From positions 114,700,001 to 114,764,000 of the forward strand of contig NC_043003.1 of assembly GCF_006345805.1 (NCBI RefSeq): a stretch of 64,000 nt of DNA, in the 5' to 3' direction. Under the pieces are notes generated by a model. That model ran no database searches, was not told the origin of the DNA, and worked only from the letters and a program-made list of their open reading frames with translations. Positions 12,326-24,397 of this stretch are shown here, in pieces (the stretch's first letter is position 1; each line of letters starts with the position of its first letter). The position numbers and the translations under genes are program-made. This DNA comes from Octopus sinensis. Lineage: Eukaryota.

Positions 12326-12636
12326 ACTCAACCTGAAGAAAATTACTCAACCTGAAGAAAATAATACTCAACCTGAAGAAAATTACTCAACCTGAAGAAA
12401 ATTCTAACTGGGCCCCACCTGCAAGGTCATGTGCTGTTTATCTTGATATGAGATCACCATGTCGCGCACATATGGTTGTGATGCATGTGCCTGGTGTACC
12501 CTTATCAGACGGGTAGTCATGATGGGTATATTGGGCTTCGTATATTTTACCCCAGTGTCACTTTGATGGCATGCACTGCTCTCTCACTCAATAATAATAA
12601 TAATAATAATAATAATATAATAATAATAATAATAAT
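12326..12636 (+). mobile_element. 5'-truncated (AAT)n-tailed retroposon (SINE-like or LINE 3' UTR)
   Basis: Highly similar to 22760-23020 and 33480-33715; ends GCATGCACTGCTCTCTCACTC(AAT)n. Confidence 0.8.
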
Positions 12637-12637
12637 A

Positions 12638-12953
12638 GGAATGATAGCAAAAGGAACTGATTGTTACCTAGTTCAGATACCAGGAAGCCCCAAAATGACA
12701 GAAATTCAAAAGATAATGCTCATGCTTACTGCCCATATCCTACGTAAAATACTGACTGTGTAATCTCAAATTTTGAAACAAACTCATAATTTTCTTAAGT
12801 TTTCTTAAACATTCTCTAGAACAACACTTTGTGCAAAACCAAATATATGGCAGCCTAGGCATAACACCAACACGAACTTCTAACTTGTTATCTCTTGAGG
12901 TCTCTGGGTGAGACTTGCAGCCAACTTGTACAAATGCAAAGCAAAAGTCAAAC

Positions 12954-13032
<79 letters not shown>
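12638..13032 (+). mobile_element. REL-type LINE 3' end with (AAT)n tail
   Basis: IPGSPKMTEIQKIMLMLTAHILRKILTV* C-terminus, then 3' UTR and a long (AAT)n tail. Confidence 0.7.
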
Positions 13033-13033
<1 letters not shown>

Positions 13034-13034
<1 letters not shown>

Positions 13035-13230
13035 CCTTTCTACTATAGGCACGAGGCCTGGAATTTTGGTGGAGGGGACCAGTCGATTAAGTAGTAGTTA
13101 ATTTATCCACCCGAAGAGGATGGAAAGCTAGGTCGACACAAGCGGCATTTGAACTCAGAACATTAAGACAGACGAAATACCGCTAAGCATTTCGCCATAC
13201 GTCCTAAAGATTCCGCCAGCGCACAGCCTT
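13034..13230 (-). mobile_element. SINE family A between (AAT)n tracts
   Basis: Reverse-complement similarity to 45135; (AAT)n on both sides. Confidence 0.75.
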
Positions 13231-13232
13231 CA

Positions 13233-13313
<81 letters not shown>

Positions 13314-15004
13314 GTGAATGATGATGATGATGATGTGGAGGTAGATTTCAAGTTTTAGCACAAGGCCAGTAATTTGGGGGAAGTGTGCTAAGTCGATTAC
13401 ATCGCCCCATCTTCCCAGTGATCAACTGGTACCGACTCGCCAAACTATGTTCCTTATTGGACGGAAGAGTCTACTGCAAAAATGACCTCGGGGCAAAATA
13501 ACGAACAGAAGTGTTCAGACGCATACACAAGTTTACTTGATAAACAATATGGTAACGAAAATTTGTCGCTATTAAAAATTTACCGAGGGCTGCTTGTAGA
13601 AATCTCACAGAAAGCATTTTTACGTTGACCACATTGGAGAACTGCGCTCTCTGTGCAGTTCTCCAATCTCAAAACACATTATAAGAGCGGGATTGTTCAC
13701 TCAGGCCATGCTCTCTCCTCGTTCATTTTTCAACGAATTTGCTGCGTTCCATTTTCTCCTCAATTCAAACCTGAAGAGGTCAATGAGGGTTTGGCCACAG
13801 AGAAGAGTATACCCTCGGCCCTCGTACCTAAAGGGGAATGATAAAGAGGACAAACTGAGCGTTGAACCCAGAATTAAAGAGCTGGAAGAAATATTGTAAA
13901 GCATTTTCACCGATGCTCTACCGATTCTGCATTTTTCTTCATGCTTTACTTGGGTTCATACATACAATTTGTGTCATACAAACATAGGACTTCCAAAACT
14001 GTAAAACAATATGTTAAATCAAGTGAATCATTTAGTTGCATAAAACAAGAAGCTACCACCTAAGTAGGCCCACAGTACATGTCACAGTACATGTCACCTT
14101 TTGCTTCGATTAGTTTCTGGAAACATATGCTTCTGAAAGTTGCCGTCAGTTTGAGTCTATGAGAAACTTGGTTCTATCAACGAAGTTTCTAAATATATCG
14201 TTAATTGCGAACTGCCTTTCCATGTTTCCTCCACTCCTATCCTCAATCTAACCCGTTTGATCAAGTTATCATTCAATTTAATCAAGATTTCTCTTATTCC
14301 ATACTAATTCGGACATCCCAGGACGACCAGGCGCCTACATGCCATTGGTCGAGCCTCATTGTTTTCTGCGCCAGTGTATACCGGCTTTGTTTTAGTACAC
14401 TACAACACCATCCTATGTAGAAGGTCCTTTATTTTGAAGACCCTAGCTTATTCTTATAATGCCATCTACCTTTACGTCTAATTATTTTTATCAATGAATC
14501 TACGTTTAATGTTGATATTTCTCCATTATTTTTTGCTTCTTGCCCATGCCATCCCTTTTTTTATTGTCCCCATTTATAGATGGAAACAGATTATTTACAA
14601 CTGACACCTAGTTTGTATTTATAATTGCTGTGCCACTGTAGTATACAGTTACACTAATTAACCGTCACATCGGCCATGTCATCTTTATATTAAATTGGGA
14701 TTTCGTGAAGACAACAAAAGAAGCAACTATGACAGCTCGATCTCCCTCAAGCCATGAGATACAATCTCTAATAAAATAACAAGTCTTCTATACAAGATAA
14801 AATCAGATGTCATGGTCGTGGATTTAGTCAAAAGTCTATTCGGTCAAGTCTGTCCCGAGGCAAGACATTAAGAAAAGTGATTCTTTTATCAAAAATAATG
14901 TTTGAAAAGAAGCGTATTTATACAACTGTAATTTGTGCTAACGTTTATAACATCTATACATAACTTGCTATATATACATATTGCACCATCTTTCGATATT
15001 TCAT

Positions 15005-15190
<186 letters not shown>

Positions 15191-16375
15191 GTGTGCAAGG
15201 ATATATATACATCTGTGCGTGTCTAAGTGTGTAAAAGTATGTAAGTATACAGAGCAATATGAATTTAATGAGACAATAAGAGAGATCGCAATAAAGTGCA
15301 GAGATAAATATGTGATTTAATAGAGACACCACGTCTGGTGAAGTCCCTGCTTCAGCGTTCGCCATCTGGCTCTGTAATATCTATGACTGATATGTTAATT
15401 ATAAAACATTTGATACATAAAACGATACATACATACATACGCACATACATGCATACAAGAAATACATTCATACATACATACGTATATACATACATATATA
15501 AATGCGTATACACACAGGCTAAAAAGAAAGAGATTGATATATATACTCACAAGCACACATGCACAGACACGCATGTATACAGACAAAGATATAGACATAT
15601 ATCTACACATTCTTGTGTGTGAGTGTATATACACACATATACATGCCTATATCCATATACACACGCACTCGCACACACACACACACATATACCTATTAGC
15701 ATGTAAACAATGAACCACGCTATCATAAAACACTTACGTCTCCCTTCACCTTCTACCGAAAACTCCTCAATTCCTTGCAAACAATGGACGAGAAAGGGAA
15801 AACCGCCTGTATGGTCGCTATTCACACAATTGTCATTTGATAGATCCAACCACTCTCAGGTTCCACACTCAACGCTCCCAATTCTAGTGCACCATCACCC
15901 TCATCAACCCCCGTCTCGTATGACACGGAATCCCATCTTGGTGTCCCAAAACCAAAAGAACAATGAATCACGTGATTGAACGCGATAACAATGTTTCCTT
16001 CTCTACGTATGTATATGTAGTAGAAGAGCGCCATGAGTTTGAAGCATGTGTCTCTAAACGTTGTATATGTTCAATGTGTGTGTGTTTATGCGTGGTTCTT
16101 ACTAAGTCTGTGAAGGTATCAGTGTGTATGTGTGTCCGTGTGTGAATGTGTGTATGCATAAGTGAGGGTGTTTAAAATTCAAATAGGAATTCTATGTTGA
16201 AAAGCATTTCGTTGTGTTTGGTTGTGGTGTAGAAAGATAAACGCCTTCTCATTTGAAATATAACATGATTTATACACATAGACACACACCGGCATACATA
16301 CTCGTACACAACCACTCAAATATGCGGCCACACGCACGTACGGATGAGTGTAAATATACGTATATAACTTGAAGC

Positions 16376-16424
<49 letters not shown>

Positions 16425-16428
16425 CACA

Positions 16429-16497
<69 letters not shown>

Positions 16498-16598
16498 CAT
16501 ATACACACACACACATATATATATATACACACACACATATATATATACACACACACACACACACATATATATATACACACACACAACACACACACACA

Positions 16599-16660
<62 letters not shown>

Positions 16661-16672
16661 CACCACACACAC

Positions 16673-16703
<31 letters not shown>

Positions 16704-16716
16704 TATATATATATAT

Positions 16717-16748
<32 letters not shown>

Positions 16749-17150
16749 ATGCATGGTATATTTGTGTATACTATTTGTGAACGGATATAAGTAGATAGAA
16801 AGATAGACAAACAGACAGACAGATAGATCAATATACAGAGAGACTGACAGACATACAAATAGATAAATAGCTGCATATACGCATACATACACAAATTAAT
16901 AGACAGAGAAATAAGTAGGTAGGTAGGTAGGTAGGTAGGTAGGTAGGTAGGTAGAAAGATAGATAGATAGAGAGTTAGAGAGATAGAGAGTTAGAGAGAT
17001 ACAGAGTTAGATGGATTGAGAGATAGAGATAGGGAGATAGAGTGAGAGATAAACAAACAGATAGATAAACAGATAAACACATAGATAGACAGGCAGGCAG
17101 GCAGGCAGACAGATAGACAAACAGACAGACAAACAGATAGATAGATAGAT
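16376..17150. repeat. Compound (TA)n/(CA)n, (TAGG)n and (GATA/GACA)n tracts
   Basis: Directly visible. Confidence 0.9.
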
Positions 17151-17309
17151 AGAAGCAGTGATTGATCTAAACTAAAAATGCGATGTTCTGTTGTTATCGA
17201 GGATCATAGTAGTAGTAGTAGTAGTGGTAAATACACCGATGCTGCTGCTGATAATGGTTGCCTGGTATTTACAAGGAAGGATGAGAATATTCTGGCAACC
17301 TAAGGCACC

Positions 17310-17425
17310 GAGCTAGTTGAACAAAATGCTTAGCGGCATTTCCTCCGTTTTAACCTTCTCAAGTTCAACTCCACTGAGGTCGACTTTGCCTTTCATCCTT
17401 TCGAGATTGATAAAATATGTACCTC
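17310..17425 (+). mobile_element. SINE family A fragment
   Basis: AAATGCTTAGCGGCATTT..GAGGTCGACTTTGCCTTTCATCCTTTCG matches family A. Confidence 0.7.
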
Positions 17426-18486
17426 TCCCGAACCTGTTGGCCCTGAGCCAAAATTTGAAACCTTTATTGTTGCAAACTAATGAAAATCAAAGATATATAA
17501 CAGTTCCAGGTTTTCACACAAGACCAACGATTTACTTTTCCGTCAATGTTTCTTTGTAATCGAGCTGGAGATAATTGAACTGGGGCAAGAAAACCTACCA
17601 TTATACAGTGTGTGAGTCAGAAAGCATTTCTCCTCACATCACTCCGCAGTGGACGGATGTTTCCGTGTCGTTATATATTAAAATTTACAATTTGACGAAA
17701 TTACCGTTGTAATACAGACCTCCATTAGGGTCACACACTAACCCAGTCCTTGTGCAGTGAATTAGGGGCCCTTATTTAACGAAATGATTAAAAATAATTT
17801 TAAATATCTACAATGAAATCAGCCAACCTTTTGAGAGCTGAAGCTGGGCAAATCCAAGGCAGAACAAGAAAAACAATAGTATTGAGGATGAGACGAAGAT
17901 TAAAAAAAGGAAAAAGAGGGTTTTCTGGTAAAAACGTACATTCACATTGAGACAAAGAAATAAATGAGTGCAAACGAATAGAAAATGGTTGAAAAATTCT
18001 CACGTGACACAAACAACAGGAGAAAAATGAAAATAATGACGAGAATAATAAATGATACGACTTTCAGAAACAATTGACAGAAAGAAAAAATACAAAGAAA
18101 TGAAAAATTAAGTCGCAGATTTAGTGGTGGAAAGGAAAACAAAAAAGCCAGACGGATAAGGAACGAAACGTGGAGGGTTTGGAGAGAGAGGGAGGGAGAG
18201 AGTGTGAGAGAGAGAACAACTAAGGGAGGCAACTGAAAGAAATCCTCTCAAGCAAAGACGAAGAATTATTGTTGTAAGAATCCGCCATAATATTATGGAT
18301 GAAATGTGATAACGAAATGTTAGAAATATGTTGATAGGAACGGAATAGATGGATCGCGTGAAATATACTCCATCATGAATTATTCATTCAATTCATTGCC
18401 ATTGTTCCATTCCTTGTCATCTGCTGTTATAATTATGGCTGCTGCTGAGGATCTGGTTGTTGTTGCTGTTGTTATTCTGTTTGTTA

Positions 18487-18947
18487 AAGCTGCAAGCTGG
18501 CAGAATCGTTAGCGCAATGCTTTGCGGTATTTCGTCAGCCGCTACGTTCTGAGTTCAAATTCCGCCGAGGTCGACTTTGCCTTCCATCGTTTTGGAGTCG
18601 ATAAATTAAGTACCAGTTGCGCACTGCTGTCGATATAATCGACTTAATCCGTCTATCTGCCCTTGTTTGTATCCTCTGTGTTTAGCCCCTTGTGGGTAGT
18701 AAAAAAATAGGTATTTCGTCAGCCGTTACGTTCTGAGTTCAAATTCCGCCGAGGTCGACTTTGCTGTTCATCCTTTCGGTGTTGATTAAATAAGTACCAG
18801 TTACACACTAGGGTTGATTTTATCGACTGCGAAAGGACGAAAGTCAAAGTCGACCTCGGCGGAATTTGAACTCATAACGTAGCGACGGTCGAAATGCCGC
18901 TAAACATCTCATCCAGCGTGCTAACGATTCTTCCAGCACGCCGCCTT
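18487..18947. mobile_element. Cluster of three SINE family A copies (+,+,-)
   Basis: Plus copy 18487-18708, partial plus copy 18710-18830, minus copy 18830-18947. Confidence 0.85.
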
Positions 18948-19179
18948 AGTTAATAATAATAATATAATAATAATATAATAATAATATGACCTGAAGCAAC
19001 TTCTTGAAACTGAAACAGATTTAACCCCATTAATCCATGTTTGATACTGCATATAAAATCTAAAGACAATACAAAGGCAAGGATTGTGCGAACAGTAAAG
19101 ACAATAATAAAATTTCCTAAATGGAGAGAGAACTACCAAGGTGTTTAATCAAGAACCCAAAGAGAAAAGGGGTTAATCA

Positions 19180-20540
19180 GGAGCCCCATGAGATCTACTA
19201 CCGAATGAAGCCTTTCTACCATCTGTTCTTTACGTCATACAGATGGCCAGGTTAGGAAAAGCCAATTCACTCAGGCCGTCCTCGCTACACCACTCACCTT
19301 TCATCAAATTTACCTGGGGCTGCACCTCCCACTCAACCCTTCTCATTCTCTTGAAAGTGGATAAGGACTTGTTCAAAGAGAAAATTGTCTGTTTCAATTC
19401 TTTCAGTGTAGTCCACTACAGAACTCTTTTTTGCCAAAGCTACCAAATCCGAGGTGAACTGGCTGCTGCCCTATTAAGCCAAAGTAAGGTGGTGGGGAAA
19501 TCTTCATGATGGATTTGGCCGATTTCCAGATACGTCATACAGGTGAGAGCAGCTGTTCGATATAGCTCCAAATTCGGCAATTCACGAACACTGGCGCGAG
19601 TGCACGCTGGGCTATTTTGCTACTCTGCGCCCATCTTGGTTGACGACATAAGCACTTCAGACATTTTAATGCTTGAAGAGCTTATCTCGAATCAACAATC
19701 GAAGGACTGAAAATCTTCAAGAAATGACAAGCCAGTTGATTTTCATTGATACCCAGAATTTGCAGAGATCGTTGCTCTTACACAACACTAATCTCGTATA
19801 TAACCCCATGGTGAAACATTTATGGTGAAATGTGGACGCCTGACGGCATTCTAAGTTGCAGGCATCCTGTTCTTAGACTACGCTCCATCCGGGGCTGAAA
19901 GTTTGTCAAAAAGGCAAGCTGGGGAAAAGCACGTCTAACAAATGTCGACCGCAGCTGTTCACCTACAGAAAACGCTGAAGACGTCACATGCTCAGCACAC
20001 GCATGCGCATCTTTAGCCACCGCATGTCAAGTCTTCCACGCCTTGACAACAAATAGATAGTCTAACAAGCGGAACGCGTCATCACAGAAAGCGAAAGACA
20101 AAAAAAGCGCTCCTTTCTAGCCAGCCATGAAGTAGGACAAGGCACAACTTTTTTGTAGTGTTATGAGATGGGAGTTGTTAAATCATTTATTTAGGCCCTT
20201 TCTGAGCAATATCACTGCACCCCTTCTTTGCAGGACTGGGAATGCTCCGTTTCTTTTACCAGTTGCAGTAGACATCTGCTCAGAGTCCTCTACACAAATT
20301 AGACATATGACAATAAAGCTCCGATGACTTCTTCGTGCAGGCAGTCATTGCTTCCCGTATTTTGTCAGCAGTTATTGGCCTTTTGCATAATTCCGCATCC
20401 CAATCAAGAGTCAGAGCATGCAATCGAGGTGGGCGGTGGTGTAGCCTACGCATGTCTCCGGTGCACCTTCTGCCCCAAACAGGTGAGCGAAGTGCCACGC
20501 AATTACTTGCAATCAAGTAGCATGCACGTCGCATCTCGAT
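19180..20540 (-). mobile_element. Degraded L1/Tx1-type LINE (RT N-terminal part to C-terminus, internally deleted)
   Basis: Minus peptides AELCKRPITADKIREAMTAC..ELYCHMSNL and ADVYCNW*..AVILLRKG (RT start), RRAFPQL..RMERSLRT, and WTTLKELKQT..MRRVEWEV (homologous to 3320-3500). Confidence 0.65.
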
Positions 20541-20814
20541 CAGCAGAAGAATTAATAGGGAATTTTTTGCAGCATTTTGTTTCTGTCAAATGGTCTACAA
20601 ATAACTCTCTCTAGATACGCTCGAAATAAAAAAGGTGCTGTTCGCTTATATACATACTGGGGCATTGAGAAAATTCATTCGGCCCTTGTCAGTCATTTGA
20701 AAAAGACAGCAGGTTTGCGCGTCTTCTACAGGCCCTTCTGTTATAAGCTAACCCCTCGTAATTATTCTTAAGAATTGTTTCAGATGGTAAGGAATTTTAT
20801 AGGGTGGTGCTTTG

Positions 20815-21200
20815 TCGTTTCTATCAACCCCAGTACTTGAGTTGCCATTTATTTTATCTACTGAGAAGGGATGAAAGGTAAAGTTCACCGCGGTTGTGTT
20901 GAAACTCTGAGTATAAAGAGCCGTAAGATTTGTCATTAAGCATTTTATCCGGCACTAATGATTCTTCTAGGTCGCCACCATAATAATAATCCTTTTTGCT
21001 ATAGGCAGAAGGCTTGAAATTTTAGGGTACGGTGCTAATCAATTACATTCACCCCAGTGATCAACGGGTACTTATTTTATTGATGTAGAAAGGATGAAAG
21101 GTGACGTCGACGTCGGAGGAATTGGAACTCAGAAAGTAAGATAGTTAAAATGAGGCTAAGAATTTTGCACTACGTGCTAACGATTTGGCCAGCTCACCGT
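20815..21200 (-). mobile_element. Two tandem SINE family A copies
   Basis: 20815-20979 and 20991-21200, separated by ATAATAATAAT; both resemble the reverse complement of 45135. Confidence 0.7.
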
Positions 21201-21229
21201 CAATCGTTTTTACCTACCCAGAGCCTGTG

Positions 21230-22260
21230 GAGGTCGAGACTTGATTCAGTTTGAAATTTGTTACAAAACCACCACTATAGGACTGGCCAGATACCTTGAA
21301 AGGACTGGATGCTAAAACTCGTTGAAGACCGCGAGAGATGTAAGAAGCGTCATTCTGTTATGAAGAAGGGCATAAAATTTGCTAGTAATTTCATGCATAA
21401 TATTCAGGTTGAACAGCAGGATGGAAGTGAGGCAACTGTAGTTGCAAAGAATGTGAATAGCAAAGCAAAAAGTGTTTGAACAATTGGCTGATAGGTGGGA
21501 ACAAAAACCTCTGCATGGCAAATATGTGGCCCGTAGCAAAGAAACTGATGTAGAACAGATGCACACACACGCATAGGTGGCTATGGAGCTCAAGGCTAAA
21601 TGGAGAGCGTGAAGGCTTTATTTTGGCTGCTCAAGATCAAAGCTTATTGACCCGGATCTATCAAGCCAATGTGATGAAAAATGGAGTAGACCCAAAGTAT
21701 TGATACTGCAACGATGAGATCGAAACAGTTGACCGCCTACTCGCTGGGTGTCACATTTTAGCACTTGTAGAGTATAAATCAAGACATGACAAAGTTGGCC
21801 AATATCTACACTGGGTAATATGTCGGCATTATAAAATCAAAACTGCTGAGAAATGTTACAAGCACCAGCCTGCGGCTGTAACTAAGGGGGAAAACGTGAG
21901 GATTCTTTGGGACTTTCCAGTACTTACAGAGGAGCATGAAAGCTAATGAACCAGATATTTTTGTAAAAGACCAATACAATAAAGTCTGTTTATTGATTGA
22001 CATGAGTATACCTTGTGATCATACCATCTCGGCAAACGAATTAGGTAAGCTTTGAAAATATAAAGATATGTTGATTGAAATCGAAAAATATGTGGCATCT
22101 CAAGACGGTTACAATACCAGTAATTGTAGGAGCACTTGGAATGATAAAAAAAAAGGGAACTGAAAATTATTTGAGAAGATCTCTGGTTTGCCATTCATGT
22201 AGGAAATACAAAACATTATCTTCACTGGTACATTACACGGACTGAGAAAAGTATTGTCTT
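21230..22260 (+). mobile_element. REL-endonuclease LINE (R4/Dong/HERO-like) 3' coding fragment, pseudogenised
   Basis: Peptides KPLHGKY, EGFILAAQDQSLLTR, Y*YCNDEIETVDRLLAGCHIL..RHDKVGQYLHWVIC (CCHC region), ILWDFPV, PDIFVKD..LLIDMSIP (PD..D nuclease motif) and IPVIVGALGMI. Confidence 0.85.
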
Positions 22261-22509
22261 ATCTTTTCATCCTTTATTTCCTTTGTTTTCTTTTTTGCCT
22301 TTTTTTCTTTTCTTCTTTTCTTCTTCTGTCTGTCTCTCTTCCCCTTTTCCCTCTCTTTCACATGACTTTGTAAGTGATCAGTCTTAACTTCAAACTATAC
22401 TTTGATGGCCTACCAATGTATACAATGAGGATTTTGGCCCTAGGTATTGGGATGACACTTGGCAAGAAATGGAAACAAAATCGAAATAATAATAATAATA
22501 ATAATAACA

Positions 22510-22960
22510 TACAGCAAATATTCTGCTGAATACCACAGATTTGCTTCTCAGTTGTTTGACCTTAACTAGTTGAGCATGTCCCTTAGTGGCTGACGATATG
22601 TGCATCTCTGATCACGAGCAGAAGTAGTGGGGGAGCATCATAGCCGTGTGTTGAGAGGGATTATTTGGGGTTTAAATGATTCACCTCTGGAAACATGGGT
22701 GTTTCATTTAACATCCTTAAATAACCCTTTTTCAAGGACATTTGAGTGGGATGGGTTACCCAACCAGAAGAAAATTCTATCTGGGTCCCACCCGGAAGGT
22801 CATGTGCTGTTTATCTTCATATGAGATCACCATGTCGCGCACATATGGTCGTGATGTATGTGCCTGGTGTACCCTTATCAGATGGGTAGTCATGATGGGT
22901 ATATTGGGCTTCGTATATTTTACCCCAGTGTCACTTTGATGGCATGCACTGCTCTCTCAC

Positions 22961-23020
<60 letters not shown>
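22510..23020 (+). mobile_element. (AAT)n-tailed retroposon, same family as 12326 and 33150
   Basis: Colinear with 33230-33715; (AAT)n at both ends. Confidence 0.8.
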
Positions 23021-23354
23021 GCCCAGCTGACAACAAGATATGTGATAAGGAAAAAAGAAACGTTGAGAGATATGACAAGTTAGCTTGGGAAGTTAAGCAG
23101 TTGTGGTTGATGAAAAAGGTAGCAGTGGTACCAATAAATGTCGGAGCCCTGGGAACAGTGAGCAAAAATCTCGAGAAGTACCTGGAAAAAATAGGAGCTC
23201 CAATAAGGGTGGAGCACTTGCAGAGAAAAGCACTACTTGGAACCGCTCGAATACTCCGGAAGATGCTTGAAACACAAGAGATATTACCTTAGTTCACTGG
23301 TAGTGAACAGCTGACACTGTTGTACATCTCCAGCGCTAGAAGCTGTGCAAAGAC

Positions 23355-23421
<67 letters not shown>
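23021..23421 (+). mobile_element. REL-type LINE 3' end with (AAT)n tail
   Basis: KEKRNVERYDKLAWEVKQLW..VVPINVGALGTVSKNLEKYL..LQRKALLGTARILRKML, short 3' UTR, (AAT)n tail. Confidence 0.85.
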
Positions 23422-23423
<2 letters not shown>

Positions 23424-23424
<1 letters not shown>

Positions 23425-23643
23425 GTTCTTTGTACTGGAAGCACACTGCCTCAAATTTGTGGGGCAGGGCTAAGTCGATTACATCGACCCCAGTACTCAA
23501 CTGGTACTTAATTTTTCGATCTCGAAAGGATGAAAGGCAAAGTCACCCTCGGCGGAATTTGAACTCAGAATGCGAGGTCGGACGAAATACTGCTAAGCAT
23601 TTTGCCCGGGTGCTATCGATGCTACCACCTCGCCCCCTTGATG

Positions 23644-23675
<32 letters not shown>

Positions 23676-23879
23676 TTTTCCACAAGGGTAGCAATTTTTG
23701 GGGTGGGGTCAAGACGATTTCATCGACCTCAGTATTTCCCTAGTACTTATTTTATTGACCCCGAAAGGATGAAAGTTGAAGTTGACCTCGGTGGAATTTG
23801 AACCGAGAACATAGCGCCGGGCGAAATACCGCTAAACATTTCGTCCGGCACGCTAACGATTCTGCCGGTTCACCGCCTT
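23424..23879 (-). mobile_element. Two SINE family A copies separated by (AAT)n
   Basis: 23424-23639 and 23676-23879. Confidence 0.8.
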
Positions 23880-24342
23880 CCAATAGTAATAATAATAATA
23901 ATCGATGTACAGGATATGATTGTTATGATTACGAAATATAAGGGGACGTTTTTAAGTTTATTGATTTTTTACTATTATTTTTTAAATGTGTTTTTTTATT
24001 GCAATTGTACCTAGTGTTATTTTAGAGAAATAGCAAATAAAAAGTAGACCCAAACACAAATAACAAAATCAAAAAATGCTCCGGTGAAGGGGGCAAGAAG
24101 GGAAAAGAATTGTAATAGAGTCTCTATAGCATACCATTTAGTGTTCGAATTTACATAAATATTGTATTTTCTCCTCTTTTTATTCAACAATCATTGTTTT
24201 GAAAGATTATTCAAGCATTTCTCAATGAATTTCAAATCGAGATAAAAACTGTAAAAAATAAATTTGACTATGAACGACAATAAAAAATCACCCACACATA
24301 CAACAGAGGAACAACACGCGTGCGTGTTAATATACAGCAATA

Positions 24343-24397
<55 letters not shown>

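Noticed and set aside
12326-12403. Short direct repeats as a CRISPR array
   Set aside because: No unique spacers, eukaryotic context, and the unit derives from the adjacent retroposon.
13772-13810. CTGAAGA followed by a GGTCA/TGGCC stem
   Set aside because: No GAAA after the stem, so not a hammerhead.
17510-17611. 102-nt open frame ending at GTGAGT
   Set aside because: Weak polypyrimidine tract, no recognisable peptide, next to a SINE remnant.
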